Shown here one piece after another: positions 60,435 through 64,000 of a stretch of DNA of 64,000 nt. A program made the position numbers and the translations under genes. Position 1 is the first letter of the stretch; every line of letters begins with the position of its first letter. Under the pieces are notes generated by a model. That model saw only the letters and a program-made list of their open reading frames with translations, had not been told where the DNA came from and searched no databases. The stretch is from an uncultured bacterium (GTDB taxonomy: Bacteria; Auribacterota; Erginobacteria; Erginobacterales; Erginobacteraceae): assembly GCA_963822585.1 (NCBI GenBank), contig CAWGIE010000019.1, positions 1 to 64,000 of the forward strand, given 5' to 3'.

Positions 60435-61196
60435 ATGATTATTAACCGATTTTCCTGTCGCCGTTTCACGGCCTTCCTGATCTCCGGGTTGGTGACAGCA
60501 TCAATCGCCCGGGCGGGGAGGCTGGAAGAGATCGAGACGAGTGTCGAGACTTCTTCATCATCTCACCATCATAAAGATGATCACTATCATTATGGAGACG
60601 ACACTGACGATTTCGACTGGCTGGGGATTTTCTTCCAGCCCCGATGCTACCGGCAGTATCCCTACTATTATACCGAACCCGGCATCGATCTGTCGCCGGA
60701 TATTCCCGAGAAGAGATTCTCCCTCACCGGGGGCGCCCATTACTTTTATGATACCCACGGGGACCTCGACGGCTTCCGGGGCGAACTCCTTTTCGGCACC
60801 CCGTTCGGCAAGCTCGGGGGAGACTTCACCCGCTTCCGGGAGGACCTCAAGCCGGGTCACGACTACCTCAATCTCTATTACATAGACTACCGATTCGGGT
60901 TCGACCTGCCCGGCTTCACGTTCGACGTGGGGGGCGGCTACGCGGGCATGACCCGCGACCATTCTTACGACGGGGGGAGCGTCTTCCTGGCGGCCCAGGT
61001 CTGGCCCCTCGATCCGCTGGGTATTGACGTGATGCTGCGGGGTGCCACTATTAACCGCAGTTCGGTAGGCGACTACCGGATCGGTGTCAGCCTGGTTTAC
61101 CGATGGGGCGGGATCCGGATCGGTTACCGGTACCTGAACTTCGAGAAGAGCCCCGATATTTACGGACCTGAGTTCGGGATCCAGTTCTGGTTTTAA
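60435..61196 (+). CDS. Putative outer-membrane beta-barrel protein
   Basis: Signal peptide, alternating aromatic strands, terminal Phe. Confidence 0.65.
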   Translation: MIINRFSCRRFTAFLISGLVTASIARAGRLEEIETSVETSSSSHHHKDDHYHYGDDTDDFDWLGIFFQPRCYRQYPYYYTEPGIDLSPDIPEKRFSLTGGAHYFYDTHGDLDGFRGELLFGTPFGKLGGDFTRFREDLKPGHDYLNLYYIDYRFGFDLPGFTFDVGGGYAGMTRDHSYDGGSVFLAAQVWPLDPLGIDVMLRGATINRSSVGDYRIGVSLVYRWGGIRIGYRYLNFEKSPDIYGPEFGIQFWF

Positions 61197-61463
61197 CCCG
61201 ATGCATGGCTGCCGTAGGCAGCCATGCATCGGGTTAGTTTTGAACAATGCCAGAAGTTGAAAGAACGGCTACAGTAAAACATTTTTCCGGAAAGGTCTGA
61301 TGTTTTATGCCAACTACGGCGATGACTTCCGCTTTCTGATCACGATTGCCTTTTCAAAATTATCTCTTCCAAAACACCGTCTATTCTGCTTTAATCTCAG
61401 CCCCGGGTGAAACGGGGATTTTTTATTCACCTATGTTCTCGATAAAATAAAGGAGCATTATTC

Positions 61464-62069
61464 ATGACCGAAGAAAAGAAAGAGATGGAAGAGGCCGCCG
61501 GACAAGGCGAGCCCGAACGGGAGGAAGAGGCGCCCGCTGTCGCTGAAGAAGCAGCGCCGGACACCGGAAGAAGCAGCGACGAGGCCGGGGAAGAGGCCCC
61601 CGCCGTCGCTGAGGCGGTCACCCCCGCCGCCGAGGAGACCGTACCGGAAGTCCGGGAAGAAGCCCCGGCCGCCGTGGAGGAAGCCGTTCCGGCAAAGGAA
61701 GAAGCCGCTCCCGCCGGGGAGGAATCCGCTCCGGCAAAGGAAGAAGCCGCTCCCGCCGTGGAGGAATCCGCTCCGGCAAAGGAAGAAGCCGCTCCCGCCG
61801 GGGAGGAACCCGCTCCGGCAAAGGAAGAAGCCGCTCCCGCCGTGGAGGAACCCGCTCCGGCAAAGGAAGAAGCCGCTCCCGCCGTGGAGGAAGAGCCCGA
61901 CGAGAAAGAGAAGAAGAAAAAAAAGATACGCCTGCTGAAGCTCCCGGAAGTTGAGAAGAAACTGGCCCGGGCCCGTCTCAAGATGGGCGGCGACGCATCC
62001 GTATACGTTAAACACCTGCTGGCCCGGAAAGCGGAACTGGAAGAAACGGTGGAAGAAGGTAATCAGTAA
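61464..62069 (+). CDS. Acidic low-complexity repeat protein with basic C-terminal helix
   Basis: AAGGAG RBS; about five 39-bp repeats encoding AKEEAAPA(G/V)EE(S/P)AP. Confidence 0.75.
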   Translation: MTEEKKEMEEAAGQGEPEREEEAPAVAEEAAPDTGRSSDEAGEEAPAVAEAVTPAAEETVPEVREEAPAAVEEAVPAKEEAAPAGEESAPAKEEAAPAVEESAPAKEEAAPAGEEPAPAKEEAAPAVEEPAPAKEEAAPAVEEEPDEKEKKKKKIRLLKLPEVEKKLARARLKMGGDASVYVKHLLARKAELEETVEEGNQ

Positions 62070-62197
62070 TCAGTAATCAGTAATCAGTCATCAGTCATCG
62101 GTAATCAAAGCTTTTGCCCCCGCTCTACTGATTACCGATCACCGATCACCGATTACCAATGCCCCTTTTCAGGTTAACCTGAAAAGGGGTATGTCTT

Positions 62198-62575
62198 TTA
62201 ATGCCGGCTGATCTCCACGGCGCCGACGATCACGGCCAGCATGATCAGCGTGATCACGATCGCCGCCGTTTCGTTGGACATCAGGGATTCCCTGATCCCC
62301 TCCTGTGTTCCTCCGGCATACACCGTGGGGGGGGTGAACGCCATCACCTCGATCTCCTGAGTAGACATGACTTCCAGGAGTTCTTCGGCGCGGTCCCGCG
62401 CGATACCCCGTTCGAGCAGGTTGTCGAGAGCGTGGGCCTTGATAATCCCGGCATTCAGATCAAGCAGCGATCGGGAAGAAAGAAGCGCCGCCCGTCCCGG
62501 GGCGGGCAATAAGGCCAGCGGAGAGAAGACCAGAAGGGTAAACAATACTTTCCAGGTAAATGTGTTTTTTCTCAT
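62198..62575 (-). CDS. Second PA2779-like exported protein
   Basis: Signal peptide, L.ERGI....A.E....MS..E, AGG, C-terminal TM. Confidence 0.65.
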   Translation of the reverse strand: MRKNTFTWKVLFTLLVFSPLALLPAPGRAALLSSRSLLDLNAGIIKAHALDNLLERGIARDRAEELLEVMSTQEIEVMAFTPPTVYAGGTQEGIRESLMSNETAAIVITLIMLAVIVGAVEISRH

Positions 62576-62906
62576 AAAACAAATTTCTCCCTATAAATTA
62601 GCGGCTTCGCCGCTAATTTATACTACGTATTCTCATGCAATTAGTTCATTAACCGGTATTATTCATGAAAATTTTCACTATTCATGAATAATCCAGGTTA
62701 CTGATTATCGTCCACTGTATTATGAATGGCAATCTTATTTATATGGCGACAATGCCCTGCTTTTTTTCTCCGAAAGAAGAACGTGATATTTTTCTTTTAA
62801 CGCTGTCGGCAAAAGTGGACCTTTGGTTATAATTCATTGCCGGGGAATTTGATAAAATTAATATTTTTCGTGTGTCTGTTTATTTACTCCCTGTCATGGT
62901 TCAAAA

Positions 62907-63713
62907 CTAACCCGATTTATTCATGAATCGGGTTACGGCAATCAAATCGGCGTGGATCCGGCGATTAGTGGCCACGACCGCTCCCCGGCGGACATCAAAC
63001 TCGCCCCCCGAAAAATCACTGGTCCGGCCCCCGGCCTCTTCAACCAGAAGCCGGCCGGCCGCGGTATCCCAGGGCTTGAGCCCGAACTCCAGGAAACCGT
63101 CCAGCCGACCCGCTGCCACGTAGGCCAGGTCGAGCGCGGCCGAGCCGTCCCGCCGCATCCCCTGGATGCGAGGAAGAAGGCGGCCGGCAATGGCCAGGGC
63201 CCGGGCGCGCTGCGCCCGGTCATAGGGAAACCCGGTAGCCAGGAGGGCGCCGTCCAGAGAGTTCACCCGGGAAACCGCCAGGGGCCGCCCGTTCAGAAAG
63301 GTCCCCTCCCCCCTGACGGCCTGGAACAGTTCGTCCCGGAGCGGGTCATAGACAACTCCCACGATGATCGCCGAGCGGCGCTCCAGAGCGATCGAGACCG
63401 AGTAAAAGGGGTATCCGTGCACAAAGTTGGTGGTTCCGTCGATCGGGTCGATCAGCCATACGCAGTCGGACTCCCCCTCCTCCTGGCCGCTCTCTTCGGC
63501 CAGGATCCGGTGGCCGGGAAAGGATTTCGAGAGAATGGAGATGATCTCCTTCTCCGCGGCCAGGTCGACCTCCGTGACCAGGTCGGTCGCCCCCTTGTGG
63601 TCGACCCGGAAGACTTGAGCGCCCTGTTCCCGGATGATGCTCCCGGCGGCGCGCGCGGCCTCCAGGGCCTTTTCTAACGCGGCATCCGTGAATAACTTTT
63701 CACTCTTCGGCAT
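62907..63713 (-). CDS. suhB: Inositol monophosphatase
   Basis: DPIDGTTNF, GSAALDL, WDTAAG. Confidence 0.93.
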   Translation of the reverse strand: MPKSEKLFTDAALEKALEAARAAGSIIREQGAQVFRVDHKGATDLVTEVDLAAEKEIISILSKSFPGHRILAEESGQEEGESDCVWLIDPIDGTTNFVHGYPFYSVSIALERRSAIIVGVVYDPLRDELFQAVRGEGTFLNGRPLAVSRVNSLDGALLATGFPYDRAQRARALAIAGRLLPRIQGMRRDGSAALDLAYVAAGRLDGFLEFGLKPWDTAAGRLLVEEAGGRTSDFSGGEFDVRRGAVVATNRRIHADLIAVTRFMNKSG

Positions 63714-63794
63714 CTTTCAATTATCCTCGAAATACGGTCCGTGTTACTATATCCCAGCGTCCGCAATTTAAAAACGAAAAAGGAGAGGGAGATC

Positions 63795-64000
63795 ATGATT
63801 ACCATCGATGACTTCAGGAAGCTCCATCTTGTCACGGCGACCGTTACCGAAGTAAAAGACCATCCCGGCGCGGACCGGCTTTACCTGCTCACGGTCGATC
63901 TGGGCACTGAAGAACGGACACTGGTGGCCGGAATTAAAAAATATTACACGCCGGAGGAACTGCTCGGCAAACAGCTGGTTCTGGTCGAGAACCTGGAACC
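63795..64000 (+). CDS. tRNA-binding OB-fold protein (MetRS C-terminal/CsaA-like), runs off the window
   Basis: MITIDDF...HPGADRL...DLG....LVAGI...Y.PEEL.GK. Confidence 0.88.
   Translation, partial: MITIDDFRKLHLVTATVTEVKDHPGADRLYLLTVDLGTEERTLVAGIKKYYTPEELLGKQLVLVENLE

Noticed and set aside
1..64000. tRNA or rRNA genes
   Set aside because: No cloverleaf or rRNA-like sequence recognised by eye; tRNAscan-SE and barrnap would settle it.

Overview
GC-rich bacterial chromosome segment, probably from an anaerobe. The FG-GAP-like remnant at the left edge loosely suggests a PVC-related candidate phylum (low confidence). The main accessory block (~10.2-35.3 kb) is a mostly AT-richer, co-oriented array of about 25 integron-type gene cassettes with no integron integrase in the window. 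Cassette ends are reverse-complementary cores, and several use GAT/ATC instead of canonical GTT/AAC. Many attC sites are truncated, replaced by repeated attI-like segments, or occupied by REP/MITE hairpins. An orphan ParB-like gene lies divergently where intI would normally be. Cargo includes an EcoRI-family MTase with a DUF262-HNH nuclease, DUF4145, HNH, TPR, HipBA and membrane/lipoproteins; two cargo genes are split by IS elements. Upstream, a group II intron with non-canonical termini is inserted in a REP-like hairpin, and an empty copy of its target is also present. The right half is housekeeping: transporters, a redox cluster, a PA2779/C39 peptidase/TPR module, a sugar kinase-nucleotidyltransferase fusion, a Re-citrate synthase/IDH/malic enzyme/fumarase/nadB cluster and suhB. 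Several single-base frameshifts are probably assembly errors.
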